In this document: piece by piece, positions 1 through 12,759 of the stretch
Position numbering within the stretch: position 1 is the stretch's first letter
Layout: every line of letters begins with the position of its first letter
From: Hormiphora californensis
Taxonomy: Eukaryota > Animalia > Ctenophora
Direction of reading: 5' to 3'
DNA length: 64,000 nucleotides
Assembly: GCA_020137815.1 (NCBI GenBank)
Contig: CM035353.1
Span: 5,394,001-5,458,000 of the forward strand
Position numbers and translations under genes: made by a program
Notes under the pieces: model-generated
What the model was told of the DNA's origin: nothing
The model's database searches: none
What the model saw: only the letters and a program-made list of their open reading frames with translations

Positions 1-464
1 GCAGTGGACTGTACAGCAGAGATCTCTTCATCTCTTTTCTCCAGCAGCTGACACTGTAGCTTCACAAGTCTGTCCTGGGCCTCCACTAATGATCTCTGTG
101 CTGTGATGAGCTCCTCTTGACACTGTATAATTCTCCTCTCGTACTCCTCAACATCAACACTAAGGTGATCCAATAGTGGGTAGCACCTTTCAACCAGCAG
201 ATGACAAGCCTTCTCTGCAAAATCAGCCAATTCCTTCTTATTCGCAGATGTAGTAATCCTATCTTTGCTCGGACACTTCAAGTTGTCCCATACACCAGGT
301 GCTAAATTCTTCGGAAAAACGCCCAATGAACCACAATGCCTGTATAATTCTCCTACAAGGCCAAATATCTCACTCCTCACATCTTCAATAACTCTCCTGG
401 ACAATTTCTCATCACTATTCACACGTAGTCTGTCCTTGAAGCTGTTGCTAGAAGCTGTGCTCAT
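1..464 (-). mobile_element. Probable non-LTR retrotransposon ORF1 (coiled-coil), 5' part, running off the window edge
   Basis: Intronless minus-strand ORF from ATG at 464, open to position 1: MSTASSNSFKDRLRVNSDEKLSRRVIEDVRSEIFG...EEYERRIIQCQEELITAQRSLVEAQDRLVKLQCQLLEKRDEEISAVQST. It has a heptad-like coiled coil. It lacks a stop in the window, so it is absent from the ORF track. The ORF1 assignment is inference. Confidence 0.5.
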
Positions 465-818
465 GGCGAGGTGAGCACAGGGTGAGATAGATATCCCACA
501 GTTAGAGAGATCAGGTCACAATTCAGAGATAAGAGAGAAGCAAAACTGTAACGTAAGCTGGAACAAAGCGACACTTCAAAACTTTCACTCTCAAATTAAT
601 TTGTTTAAAGTAGTGTTGAAAAGTTTGAAATAAACCTGGGTTTATTTGTATAAAGCGGGATTGTTCGAACTCCGTAACTCATCCATTTCCCAAATATAAC
701 AACATCCAGGAATAGTTTAAACCAAATTAGGAACAACCACAAACAAAACATACAATTAGTGGATTACAAATGAAATACAAATGGTTTACATAACTGTTTA
801 AACCTACTATGCATTCAG

Positions 819-3800
819 GGTAAGAAAAGAAGGGTAAACCGAGTCCTTGATGCTCCTGTTGTACTCGAGGTAGAAGATCCCCGACCTAAATTCCCCTCCC
901 CTTCCTCGCCATTCTACCGCCCCTCCTCCCGTGGTGTAAGTGTATGCATTCTGTTTCTGTATAATCGAGAAAAACAATTATATACAACTCCAAATAGTTT
1001 GATACAGTCGGACCCCGATTTACCGGGAGGATAAACTTCTCCCAAATAGGAAATTAGGAAATAGAAAACAGTTTTTGACCCCGATAATCGACCCCCTAAT
1101 TATCAATTAGGGCCATCATCATCATACCTCATCCGTTGAGTACGAGGATATGTACAGTGCAAGTGAAGAAGATGATGACACTACCGACCTTCGTGGATAC
1201 AAACTTAGCCCATCTTCCCTGTGAGTACCTATAATCTATATAATGTGTCTACATATATAATAGCGCCTAGCACAATCTTGGTCGCGCACGGTGTCTATGT
1301 CACCAACTACAAACCCGATCTGAGTTCAACTCAGAATCCCATTCTTTTTATTCCTGCTCGTCGCCTCCTGATCTACCTATTTGGGAGCGCCGGTGAATTC
1401 CTTCCTAGCCTCTCTATCTCATCAAACTTCTTTTTTTCATTTTTTTGGGATCAGCGCTTTTCTAACTTATTTAGTTGTGCGTAATACTATGTTCTACCGT
1501 CAAGACATGCAGCAGGAACGGCAAATTTATGCCATGTCCAGCTGCGACAGACCCCATTTTGAATTCCGGGGCGCCAGACAGACTATTCTGAATATTAAAC
1601 GGTGCATTAAGGAGGTGTACAATCGTTCGATTTCCGCAATTTTAACTTGTCTACAAAATAATGATCATTATGATCATTATGAAGATCAACTACAAGCTGC
1701 AGTTGCACGACCTGTCATATTTACTGTCTACATATACTCTCTACATATACGATATATCTCTCTGCAGAGCATTGCAGCTTGGCCCTATACAGTCGGACCC
1801 CGATTTACCGGGCCCCGATTTGCCGAGAGGATAAACTTTGCCCAAATATCCCGTTAAATCGGGGTCCGACTGACTATATGTGCACGAGAACCGCGGTCAG
1901 AGAACTGGCCTGAGTCATGTCAGCCTGACAGATATATACATATCTACATTTGTCTACTTTGTTACATTTGTCTACATATACGGGATAGTATCCACATGCC
2001 ACTGGATATACCCTGTTTTTACATTTAACGTTGAGCTTTTCACCGATTTTATCATTTTAGTTGTCCGCCACGTAGGGACAGTCTGGACAGTGATCTGGAT
2101 TCCACTTTGAAACGGGACTGCAGCCTTACCGGTAAGTGTATTGAACAACTCATATGCATTATGCACTCATTTGACATTACCTGGACCTATTAATTTCCTT
2201 CTTTTGGGAGTGTCGGTTTTGGGGAAACCCTATCGATTTATCACGACTTTCGTCGATGCGATATGGTCGACACAATGGTCACTTAGAGTGCTCGTGAGTG
2301 ACATGGCCTTTTCCACGTGTAAGTATTTCCAGAGCACATGAGCGGTCATCATGATTGGCCCACGCCAGATGTTGATCCCTCAATGGCTAAACTGAATGAA
2401 GACTTTGATATGGCCCTTCCTAACCCTCTGGAGTTTAGTTTTCCTTCACGACCTGTTCCTGGTGTTAACACTACCCAAGGTACATGCAATAATCATTAAA
2501 GTGGGGGGTTGTGACTGAACCTCAGGTTCAAGTGGCGACTCTTATTATACCGAATGTTACATTGCTTGAAAATTTCCCTGAAATTTAGGAATTAGACGAC
2601 AGACGTCGAGACGCGTCCCTGAACCCCGCAATAGCTCTATGTAGATTGTAGGGCTAGATAATCACGACCAGAAACTGAGGTTCAGGCACGACTATTTTCC
2701 TTCGTACTAGGTTATGCAGTAGGTCATGTGTTATCATGTTTTTTTTCAGAAGAGGCACAGCCAAGTAAGAATGCAGCCATTAACTTGGTTAACAGTGCTC
2801 ATATTGTCAGCAACAAGACAGCCGGTACCAACTTCGGTAACCAGGGTAGTACTCAAGGTAACCATGGTAACCAGGGCAGTACTCAAGGTAACCATGGTAA
2901 CCAGGGTCACTCCATATTTTCTGCTGTAAACGGGGTTATGAGACAGCAACGTTCTTCTGTGACTTTTGCTCCTGATCCTTTAAAGAAAAAGGTAAAATAT
3001 TCTCAAATAAGTTTACCAAAATCTTGATCATTCGTTATTGAATGCATACATATATATATATATATTCAAGTAGCGATAAAAAGCAAATAATCAATAAATA
3101 ATTGACAATTAATAATTAATTAAATTCACCTCAGTTGTCGTTGCCCACCACCCCCGAGGAATCTTCTGGATCGGTTGACACTCTTGACACAGTCCGCTCA
3201 GGAGGGGGGAAGAATCTCATCTCTTTCAAAGCGCTTGTTAATGTTGCCAGGTATAATAATGGTGCTATAATAGGTTGAACTAGGTAATGGTGCTATAGGT
3301 TGAACTAGGTAATGTTGCTACTAGGTTACTAGGTAATGTTGCTATGTAATGTTGTCATAGATATGTCATGTTATGATTTACAGATTACAGTTTTATCTAC
3401 TATTATACTGTCTAACATTATACAGGTTTCTAGTGACACCTGCAGGTGCACCTACGGGCATGTACGACAACAAGAAGCGAGCCTCTAGCTGGAAATACAA
3501 GTGAGCATTATTTCTAGAACTATACCTTTTGAATATGTCATTGTTCTAAAATATCTCATGTGTACAGATTTAGAATTTAGATCAGTATTTGAATAACCAC
3601 TATAACCTTAAGTTCTAAATTTTCTTGATAGGCCACACAACTGATCATATGATACACACAATATAATTGTTACTCTTTCAGTGGCAAGCATTATCCACGG
3701 GACGCTTTCCAGCGGCGAATGCAGGGTGCAAGGTTTCTGGTGAATTCTCATGGCAGGAAATATTTGGTGGTAAACAAGGCTAAGAGGGACACATCCTTCA

Positions 3801-3835
3801 AACCATACCACAAGTGCAGCAACTACCTTGACTGG
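819..3835 (+). CDS. Orphan multi-exon gene, partial (Ser/Pro-rich N-terminal part, basic/aromatic C-terminal part)
   Basis: Eight GT-AG exons with consistent phases: 819-935, 1111-1220, 2061-2131, 2333-2479, 2750-2991, 3135-3250, 3426-3500, 3682-3835. The joined frame is open: GKKRRVNRVLDAPVV...GHHHHTSSVEYEDMYSASEEDDD...FLVTPAGAPTGMYDNKKRASSWKYNGKHYPRDAFQRRMQGARFLVNSHGRKYLVVNKAKRDTSFKPYHKCSNYLDW. Start and stop not located; no family recognised. Confidence 0.75.
1790..1872. mobile_element. Small CAGTCGGACCC-TIR MITE (Tc1/mariner-pogo type)
   Basis: TA-CAGTCGGACCCCGATTTA...TAAATCGGGGTCCGACTG. Related pieces at about 1005, 12365-12432, 17338, 25108, 31244-31415, 43735 and 48110-48165. Confidence 0.75.
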
Positions 3836-3854
3836 GTAAGAATGGGGGAGGGGT

Positions 3855-4205
3855 AGGGGCAGGGGCAGGGGCAGGGGCAGGGGCAGGGGCAGGGGCAGGG
3901 GCAGGGGCAGGGGCAGGGGCAGGGGCAGGGGCAGGGCAGGGGCAGGGGCAGGGGCAGGGGCAGGGGCAGGGGCAGGGGCAGGGGCAGGGGCAGGGGCAGG
4001 GGCAGGGGCAGGGGCAGGGGCAGGGGCAGGGGCAGGGGCAGGGGCAGGGGCAGGGGCAGGGGCAGGGGCAGGGGCAGGGGCAGGGGCAGGGGCAGGGGCA
4101 GGGGCAGGGGCAGGGGCAGGGGCAGGGGCAGGGGCAGGGGCAGGGGCAGGGGCAGGGGCAGGGGCAGGGGCAGGGGCAGGGGCAGGGGCAGGGGCAGGGG
4201 CAGGG
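3855..4205 (+). repeat. (GGGGCA)n microsatellite, about 58 units, G-quadruplex-forming potential
   Basis: Near-perfect hexamer array starting about 20 nt after the donor at 3836. Confidence 0.97.
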
Positions 4206-5835
4206 GGAGGAGGGGGATATTGTGTAGCTATCATACCGCATTTTATATCATATAAAGGAGCCAAGCACGCTCTGTGAGGGTTCGGTAGATCCAGTATTAT
4301 AATATTTAACTCACGGGGAAACTAGCCTGGCCATAGTAATTTACCACACCGGTGTGGTAAATTACTATGGTTTAGAAATACCCCCCCGATGTGGGAAACT
4401 ATAGCAGCTGTGTCGAGGTCTTGCTTTATATCATTTTCATCTTCAGTAGGTATACTGCATTACATGTGGTGATTTGAGAACCAACATTTTCCGTTATTGA
4501 GATCGCTTGGTTAAATAGTTTAGGTTTACACCTCTTGCACTTTCATTGTATGCAGAGTTAGTGCTGGGTTTTTATTGACGGGCTATGACTGTAGCTTTTT
4601 CAGTGTTCATACCGTATTTTATTTCATAAATCAAGTAGTTATCTATCTATAAAACACGAGTCAGTCAAGGATGGCCCGATGGCAGTATTTTGATGCCTGT
4701 TGAAGCTGAATGTGCCAGTTCTATTTACTTTAATTAGTCTGGTCCTCTATGTCAGTCACATGTGAATTCAAGTTAATAATTCGAATTATGAGTTGTGTGA
4801 AACTATGATATTTACAACCATGCATCTTTACACAACCATAAAGAATTGCTGATAACACTAGTGCTGCTTGTAGTCGCATTACCGTAATGGAAATACAGTA
4901 ATGAGACGCACACTTTGCATAACACGCGGCAAAAAGTGCATGTTTTCAGCATGTACTAGCACCCTGATTGGCCACGGCTGCGCGTCGTCTTACTGTATCT
5001 CCGTTTTCCATTACCGTTTTCCCACTACAAGCGACCGTGTAAACTTAAAAGATGCACTATCAGATTACCAATAGAGCGTACGGTACATTCTTTATGAGCT
5101 AGACTATTGTCCAGTGTTGTATGAACTACACATGGTTTCATGTGATATTGGAGCGAGTATTAAGTCAGACCCGTTGTACTATAATACTCAGTTATCATAC
5201 TTACAATAATTCACAAATCAGTAATTACAAAACTCATAATTCGAATAATTAACTATAGAATTCACATATTTCGATTCTCGAATGATTATAACATAAATCA
5301 TCTAAACAGCTAAATTAGATTGTGATTGTTTGCAAAAGCTATGATCTGTCCAGTGCGTAGTTTTACACGTGTGCACATTGTTTGTGTATTATGATTGAAA
5401 ATATGTTGTCCTTTGTTCATCGCGTCTGCCAACACTGCAAAAATCGTGCGGGAAAGTGGGAAGTGTCCTAGCGCTACAAATGACAGACCTGAATACCTTA
5501 GTGAGCTATGCTCAAGACAATGACCCCGATGACAGACGGTACCACTTGAGCCAGGCGCCTTCGGGGCGCAGTACAGTCGAACAAAACCAAACAAAACATC
5601 GTTCATTGAGAATATTTTGTCCTTTGTTCATCCCCGATCTGATTCAAACATAAAGCCCACGTGTTTGCGTGTACACATAAATCGAACTTGATAATACATG
5701 GTATAATCCAACGTATGATTTATTATACCATCTCGAAATATCTGCATTTATCCATTATCATTTGATTTTGTGCTCGTGTGGTTTTGTTCGAGCTAATCCA
5801 CACACGTTATGTTCAATCGCTGCTATAGCACTGAC

Positions 5836-5842
5836 TATATAA
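5836..5842 (+). promoter_or_regulatory. Candidate TATA box upstream of a putative anoctamin first exon
   Basis: CTATATAAGGGG lies about 40 nt before ATG 5878. That exon ends in a strong donor, AAG|GTAAGT, at 5919. Confidence 0.4.
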
Positions 5843-6461
5843 GGGGTGCCAGGGAGACATCAGCTGAGGAATGTAATATGGGACTGGAGCCAAGGGTTTT
5901 ATACCATCCAAATCCAAAGGTAAGTGTCATGCCTCAAAAACTGCTTATTTTCAATAAATATATAGCGTCTGCTTAAATCAATGAAGCAAAAAATGTTTTC
6001 CGTCTGGTATAATATGATATTGGAGCTAGTCGATTGGGAGGGGCTTCTATGGACCATATAGTTTCACGTGGATTGTTCTTTGTTCATCGTTGCAGCTAAA
6101 CCAATCACTGCACTGGCAAGTGTCCCGTGGGGAGTCTGGGTGCACAGCCTCCAGCATTAAAAAACATCCCCAGTTTTATTATCATGATACCATCAATGGG
6201 ATGACCATCCAGGGTTCAAATCCCTGTCAGAGCATTGGCCTGACAGTCAAATCAAGTCTCTCTTTTCTGTATTCTTTTGGTCTTTTGATCTTATAGCTAG
6301 TTCCGTCGGAGCTGCAATAGCATGTATACATATTATGCAAGCCATTGGCCATCAAACTATTAATTTCATTTGATACCATGGCATTTCTTGTGAATGTCGA
6401 TAGGTTGAGTATTGGAGAGTCAGCGAGAGAATTGGACAGAGAGGGAGAGATTTAAGAAGTT

Positions 6462-6525
<64 letters not shown>

Positions 6526-7211
6526 AGTGAGAGATAAAGGGAGATCAAGAGAGGGAGAGAGAGTGCAGACTGCTGCAGAGATCTTCATTTCCGGATAAAT
6601 AGGTTTGATGCAATGGGGCATGTGTTATAATATCCACTCATGAGAATTGTTTTGTACGACTGTCTACGTGTTTCAATACACACACATCAAGCATAGTTGT
6701 CTCCTTCTATGTGTCTTTTCTCTCTCTATCTCTCTTTCTCTCCCCTATCTCTATCTCTATCACTATCTCTATCGCTATCTCTATCTCTATCTCTAACTCT
6801 ATCTCTGTCTATCTCACTCTCACTCTCACTCTCTCACTCTATCGTTATATCGCTCTGCGTGGGTTTACTCGTCTCTGGAGCGTAAGCATATCACCCGCTT
6901 TCTAGATGCAAGCCTCTCTCTCTTTACGTTCGATTTGTGTGAAACAGGCCATCACCTAGTGGTGGCTATATATCAGTTCTTATTCCATGAATTGATTTGA
7001 TTGGTTTGTATTTTGTCATATTGAACTGAATTGGGTTGTCAGATTGAAATTATGTTTTCTTGTCGATGATCTAGAGCTTAGCAAAATGTCTTATTACTCA
7101 ATGGTTTCGAAGCAATTTGAACAATTTTCTAATACAGCTCTAACTGTTAAGTAGTAACTGTAGTGTATAGGATTTCCATTGGGCCCGTCGGATAAGGGTG
7201 CTATTTAATTG

Positions 7212-8292
7212 ATGGGTGACTCAGGGGATGCCGGGTCTGCCGCCGGTAGCGGTGGTCCTCCCATGGACGATCCTGATTTGGCTGATGCTGGTCATCTGCC
7301 CGGTTTTACCCCCTCCATTCAGTCGGTAGGTATATTGATTCTAGAATGTGCAGCAGTCATCGTCAAGTGCATTATCATTAGATTGAAAAAAGTAGATTGG
7401 TGTGTTCAGAAAGCAAGGCTACATAAATTATATACTTGACAGGTTGTAACAGTTCTTTTATACTTGCATACACAATTAACATAATCTTAGGTGGGGTGGG
7501 TATAAAAACTTTTGATGGAGTAGGACGTTCTTCATTTAAATACTCCAAAACTATTTTGTAATAATACTTGATTTTAACTTATTTCATCTTTCGCAGGAAC
7601 AAGAACCGCCTCCAGATGTAAGTAAACTCTAAATTGAGCACTGCTTAGTGAGTAGTCAAGACCACTGTATTTCACTATTTCAGTTGACTGTATAATAGTA
7701 AAGACCAATGTTTGTCTGTTTGTTCGTCTATTTGTTTGTCTGTTCGTTCGTTTCATTGAATTTATAGTTCACCTGCTATTGTGTAAAGCCTGTTTAATGA
7801 ATATAGTTTTCGACCCAATTATACATATTGATGCAGGTCATTTGTATGCTAATCAATATTATACATAGCCACTCTGGATCAGAGTAATCTCTGATCCATC
7901 TTTCTCTCTCTCCCTCACTCTCTAGAGAGAGAGAGAGAGAGAGAGAGAGATCTCCCCCTCTCTCTCTATTTAGCACAAGTCCCATGCGGTACAAACACTC
8001 ACCATTCCTTTACGACCTACAAAACATTAATTCATCTGCATATTTTGATCATCCTATCGATATGAACCAAAACCCACTTTATATTTCTGATATACCGAAG
8101 CTCATATCTTACCTATATTTTGTGTAATAATAATGCTGTCAATGCTATGTCAAAATGACGTCACGTGTAATATTAAGACCCTCTCTTAGAGGGGCACAGG
8201 TGTGAGTGAAGGCGGACAAAAGTTGTGAAAAGAATGGAGGCAATTGTGAGGGAGATCAGGACTCATGGGGAAGAGAGGGAGCCTGAGAGAGT

Positions 8293-8378
<86 letters not shown>

Positions 8379-11300
8379 GTGAGTGAGTGAGTGAGTGAGA
8401 GATCAGGGGCCGAGAGAGATCAGAGAAATAGATACAAGAAAAGAGAGGGCAAGAAAATAAGAACACGAACTTACTAACCATAAAACTTTGGCATTAAAAT
8501 TATATTTTAACCTTTGAATTGACGCATAAAATAGAGATATTTTCAGCCCGCCCCGCCCTTCGTTTGTGTAGGTATAGTGCAGATCTTACACGAGGAGCCG
8601 CCGCTTCATGTGATCGAGCTAAATGTAGTGCTTTCTCTTTCTCTATTTTTACTCTCACTCTATCTTTAATTTTCCTCGCTTTCTTTTCACTTCTTTGAAG
8701 GGACTTGTTTTTTCATCAATTGTGGGCTTTGTTTAAAGTGTGAAGCAGAGGAATGAACTCAAAAACCATAACGTGTTTGTTACAAAAGAGTTTGGCAGTT
8801 CATTGTAGTTGTTCATTGATTTCCTGCGTATTCCGCACCCCTTCATACGACGTGTAATTCAAAAGATAAAGCACTGCGCAGCCCATTGTATCACGCAGTG
8901 TTCGCTTTTGTTTACCATTTGACTTTGAGATGTCACACAATGCTTTCTTTCTTCCTCACACTAAATTTTCCCTCTGGCCCTAACTTTCCTTTGAACCGTA
9001 ATATATAAAGTTCATGTGTTGCCACGCTTGATATGAGTCTCATCTTCAATAGTTGATAGAAGTTTATGGACAACTGAGACAATTATTTATTGTGTGATTT
9101 ATTTCCTGGAATAAAATAATTGTCTCAGTTGTCCATAAACTTCTATCAACTACCGTAATATATTATGCCACAATATTCTACTACAGCTCAGCACAAATAT
9201 ATGTTTGTACTTTGAGTTAAATCCGTTTCCGCTCATTCAAATAGTGTTCAACCTCTTTTGCATATCAGAGTTCATCGTCATGTAGTTGAAACCAAAGCAT
9301 ATTTAAATGATATCACTTTCACCATAAACTAGCTCTTTCTTGATTTAAAAATTAATTTTCTACCTTTTAAATTTCTCATACTCCCCCACTGATAAAGCAT
9401 CCCAAGATCCTCATCATCCGTGTAAAATGGCTGGCTAGTGGCTAATAGCTCCACGTGATATGTCAATTGTTATTAAGGGCGGGTCACCCGCCCAAGTCGT
9501 CATGAACGATGCATACTATCCTCGCATGGAGGCCCCCATAAACCCACAATCCTGTTTTGAAAAGGTTTTCGGGGATGAACCTGTAAGTCAGTTTGTTTGT
9601 TGTTGGGGTTGCTTACTCAACAACTTGATTATGAAGTGTAGTGGTCTGTCACGTACGTTTTCTGGTTTTGTATGTACATATTGTAGCGTCAATAAAACTA
9701 TTTAGTTGTGTTAATAAAACTATTAATTAAATATCATCTATTGCAGGAGGGATACGACTACTCCTTACACTACTTCAGAGGGGATCCCGAAAAAAGGATC
9801 GGTAAGTTATGAATTCGGCCATATCATGATTGTACTAGTTGCAGAAACATAAGTACTATTACAATATCAATTTTACAGATTTTGTCCTTGTGTATCGTGA
9901 GGTCATCGAGGATATAGAGAGTTGTGGAGAGAACACCCCTATCCAGCGAACGGGCAAGGAGTTGGATGCCAAAAAGCGAAGGAGGATCTTTGAAGAAAAT
10001 CTCGAAAGAAAAGGACTTGAAATTGAACGAGTACGTAGTATGCCTTTAGAAAATTGTTGAGGTATATAGAATAAAGTTTGCTAGTCGAATAGGTCAATAT
10101 ATTTTTCTGAATTTCAACGTTTTTCAGGAAACCTATGACAAGAATGATGGTCCCGATGTCAAGCGAGTGGTGTACGTTAAGATCAACGCTAGTCGGAGGT
10201 GTCTGTTTGAGTATGCTGAGCACCTCCAGATCAAAAAGTTGTTGAAGATCGACCCTATGAAGATATTCCGTGATGAATACAAGGAGGATAGAACTTGGAG
10301 CGAGTGGAAGATCTTCTCTGGATTACACAGGTAAATCACCAATTTATTGTATCAGGCTGGAGACAGCTCCTCTCCTAGAATTGTGAAACTCAAATGTTAC
10401 ACTAGTTGTCGCCATACACAAATTTTCAAAATGTATGTTTTCAGCGGTGAAAAGTTTTACAAAGACGAAGTGTGGGACGAAATGCGTAACCACCGGATCA
10501 GCGCGAGATTTGAAGAACGAAAAGCGGACCGCTTCATAAACCACGATGAGCCTGGGTTTTTCACGACCAGCGAGCGGTCTCTCATTGTATCCTACATTTT
10601 ACAAGAGACACCATTTGAGGAGGACGGGGCACGTGGTCCAGGGGCGTCCAAGGGGGAGGTTGGAATAGAGCATCTTCTCAAGGATGACGTCTATCTATCT
10701 TGGTACCCTCTACACGATGTAAGATATGAGTTTGAAAATAAAGAATGTTTTTGCTTTGATATATTGAAGAATGAAGATGGCTTATTAAATCTTTTCTCAA
10801 TTCTCAGGGTCCTTTCCAGCTACCGTCTATCGAGGATAAACCTCCCGAGGAGAAAGTCTTCCTGAATGATCGACAAGTTTTGGGGTTATTTTGGGCCAAC
10901 TGGGGTCGGTGGGCAAAATACCAACCGCTAAACAGAGTCAGAATCTACTTTGGGGATACTATTGCCATGTACTTTGCTTGGCTTGGTAAGTTAAATAATA
11001 AGTATTCACAAAACAGTATGGTCTTGTGATCTTGGACAATAGCTATACTTTTAGAAATTCTAATCGATGGCATCTTAGGTTTTTACACTAAGCTGCTCAT
11101 TGTGCCGGCAATTGTGGGAACGCTTGTCTTCCTTTTCGACATCTGGTCTATAATCAACAATGAAGTTGTGTAAGTATTACCCTTGGATCTTCTATCATAT
11201 CTGTATAGATCCCCGCCCCCCAATATGACTCACACAAACCCACTCAACTCCAGTGGTGGTGTGTGTAAGGAGAAAACCCGTGAGGTTATCATGTGTTCAG

Positions 11301-12720
11301 CTTGTGATGGCTGTGAAGAAGATCCTTTGTGGGTTTATTGTTTTTCCACCTATGTGAGTGTCTGCACCAACATATTACATTTTAATGGACATCATGATCT
11401 GTTTAACATATCACGATAATCCATTCAGGCATCTTGTAAAATCGTTTCATATTTTTACACAAAATCCACGTTTTTTCATATTTTACGCTCACGCGGTAAC
11501 GAATAATTCCACTTTTTGGCAATTGTGTACAGCATATTTCACATGATGTGTTATTCTGTCTGTCCGTCTGTACGTTTTTCACACAGACACTAGTTCTCAA
11601 CTTTAGCCGGAGCCTTTGTGTAAGCGTTAAACATCTGTCTACACAGCACACTCACAAATGCTTACACCATAGAGCACATTGTGCGTGTACTATAAAGGCA
11701 TTGTGCGTATACATAAAGTCATTGCCCAAACAATGAGCGTTCGTCTAATGTCCAGTAAGTAAAGTATAAGTATTGTCTACTAAGTAAAATCAAATTAGAC
11801 AGCTCGGTCTGAACCTTAGTTTTCAGCGACTGTGGTTCCCCAAAGGTTTAAGGGCTAAATTGCTCCAACCTGACCTTCGAACGACTGTTTTCCCACAGTC
11901 CGTAAAGGAGGTTTAGAACCGTACATGGCTATGTTATAACAATGAAACATGTCTCAGTGATTCAGTGTGCCAGGAGGAGGTCGAACACAGCAGGGCCACA
12001 GCCCAGATGTGCAAAGAGTGTAAAGACTGTGCCACATACACTCTCAATGACATTTGCCTCTTGTTTACAGTAAGAATAGAGCTTGTGTGGAATGTATAAC
12101 ACTATGCTGAACTTGTGTGGAATGTATAACACTATGCTGAACTTGTGTGGAATGTATAACACTATGCTGAACTTGTGTGGAATGTATAACACTATGCTGA
12201 ACTTGTGTACACTAGGAGTTCTTCGTGCGAATTCTCGATGATTAAATGGAAATTCTGAGAGCTTCTAAATCAATTACTTAATACCTCGCATGGCTAATGC
12301 ATATCCTTTGATTAACAACTTCTTTTTTTTGTATAGCCTGCTGCTGAAGCATCCTAAGTATATACAGTCGGACCCTTATAATTTACCAGGCAAATCTCTT
12401 TCCTCCGATCCTGGTAAATCAGGGTCCGACTGTTATAATACATGTGCACATTGCTATAATACACCTCTAGACACTAAACAATTACTAACCTACTAATCCC
12501 CTTCAGATATCCAATGCCTTCAATAATGGAGCGTCTGTCTTTTACGCAGTGTTCATCTCCTTCTGGTGTGAGTAAATTTAATAAGCCATGGCATAATAGT
12601 AAAAACAGCATAAGAAATCTATGGCCTTAATTGCTCCAAAATCTGAAACCTAAGTTGTAATATTGCTCTCCTATTCTAGCGGCATTCTTCCTTGAGTTTT
12701 CTGGAAGATCGTAAACAGTT
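7212..12720 (+). CDS. ANO: Anoctamin (TMEM16) family gene, N-terminal half (cytosolic domain, TM1, TM2)
   Basis: Core exons 9747-9801, 9879-10030, 10128-10330, 10445-10718, 10808-10985, 11079-11169, [11254-11353 or 11958-12069], 12507-12567, 12680-~12720. Family motifs: [108 protein letters not shown](WKRKQ, frameshifted). Candidate first exons: 5878-5919, 7212-7325 (+7597-7617), 9460-9582. Confidence 0.95.
11254..11353 (+). CDS. ANO: Anoctamin extracellular TM1-TM2 loop exon, variant A
   Basis: ctccag|...|gtgagt, 100 nt, phase 2 in and phase 0 out; encodes GGVCKEKTREVIMCSACDGCEEDPLWVYCFSTY. Confidence 0.85.
11958..12069 (+). CDS. ANO: Anoctamin extracellular TM1-TM2 loop exon, variant B
   Basis: tctcag|...|gtaaga, 112 nt, phase 2 in and phase 0 out; encodes DSVCQEEVEHSRATAQMCKECKDCATYTLNDICLLFT. 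Same five-Cys pattern as variant A. Confidence 0.85.
12082..12208 (+). repeat. 30-bp tandem repeat, about 4 copies (CTTGTGTGGAATGTATAACACTATGCTGAA)
   Basis: Identical head-to-tail units with no spacers, starting about 12 nt after the exon-B donor. Confidence 0.95.
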
Positions 12721-12759
12721 TAGACATTTCGCCATTTTACCAGTTCCTGAACAAACCGG

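Noticed and set aside
3608-4264. PA/CP/LP repeat ORFs
   Set aside because: Antisense translation of the (GGGGCA)n tract.
12082-12208. CRISPR-like 30-bp repeats
   Set aside because: No spacers, no cas genes, and located in a eukaryotic intron.
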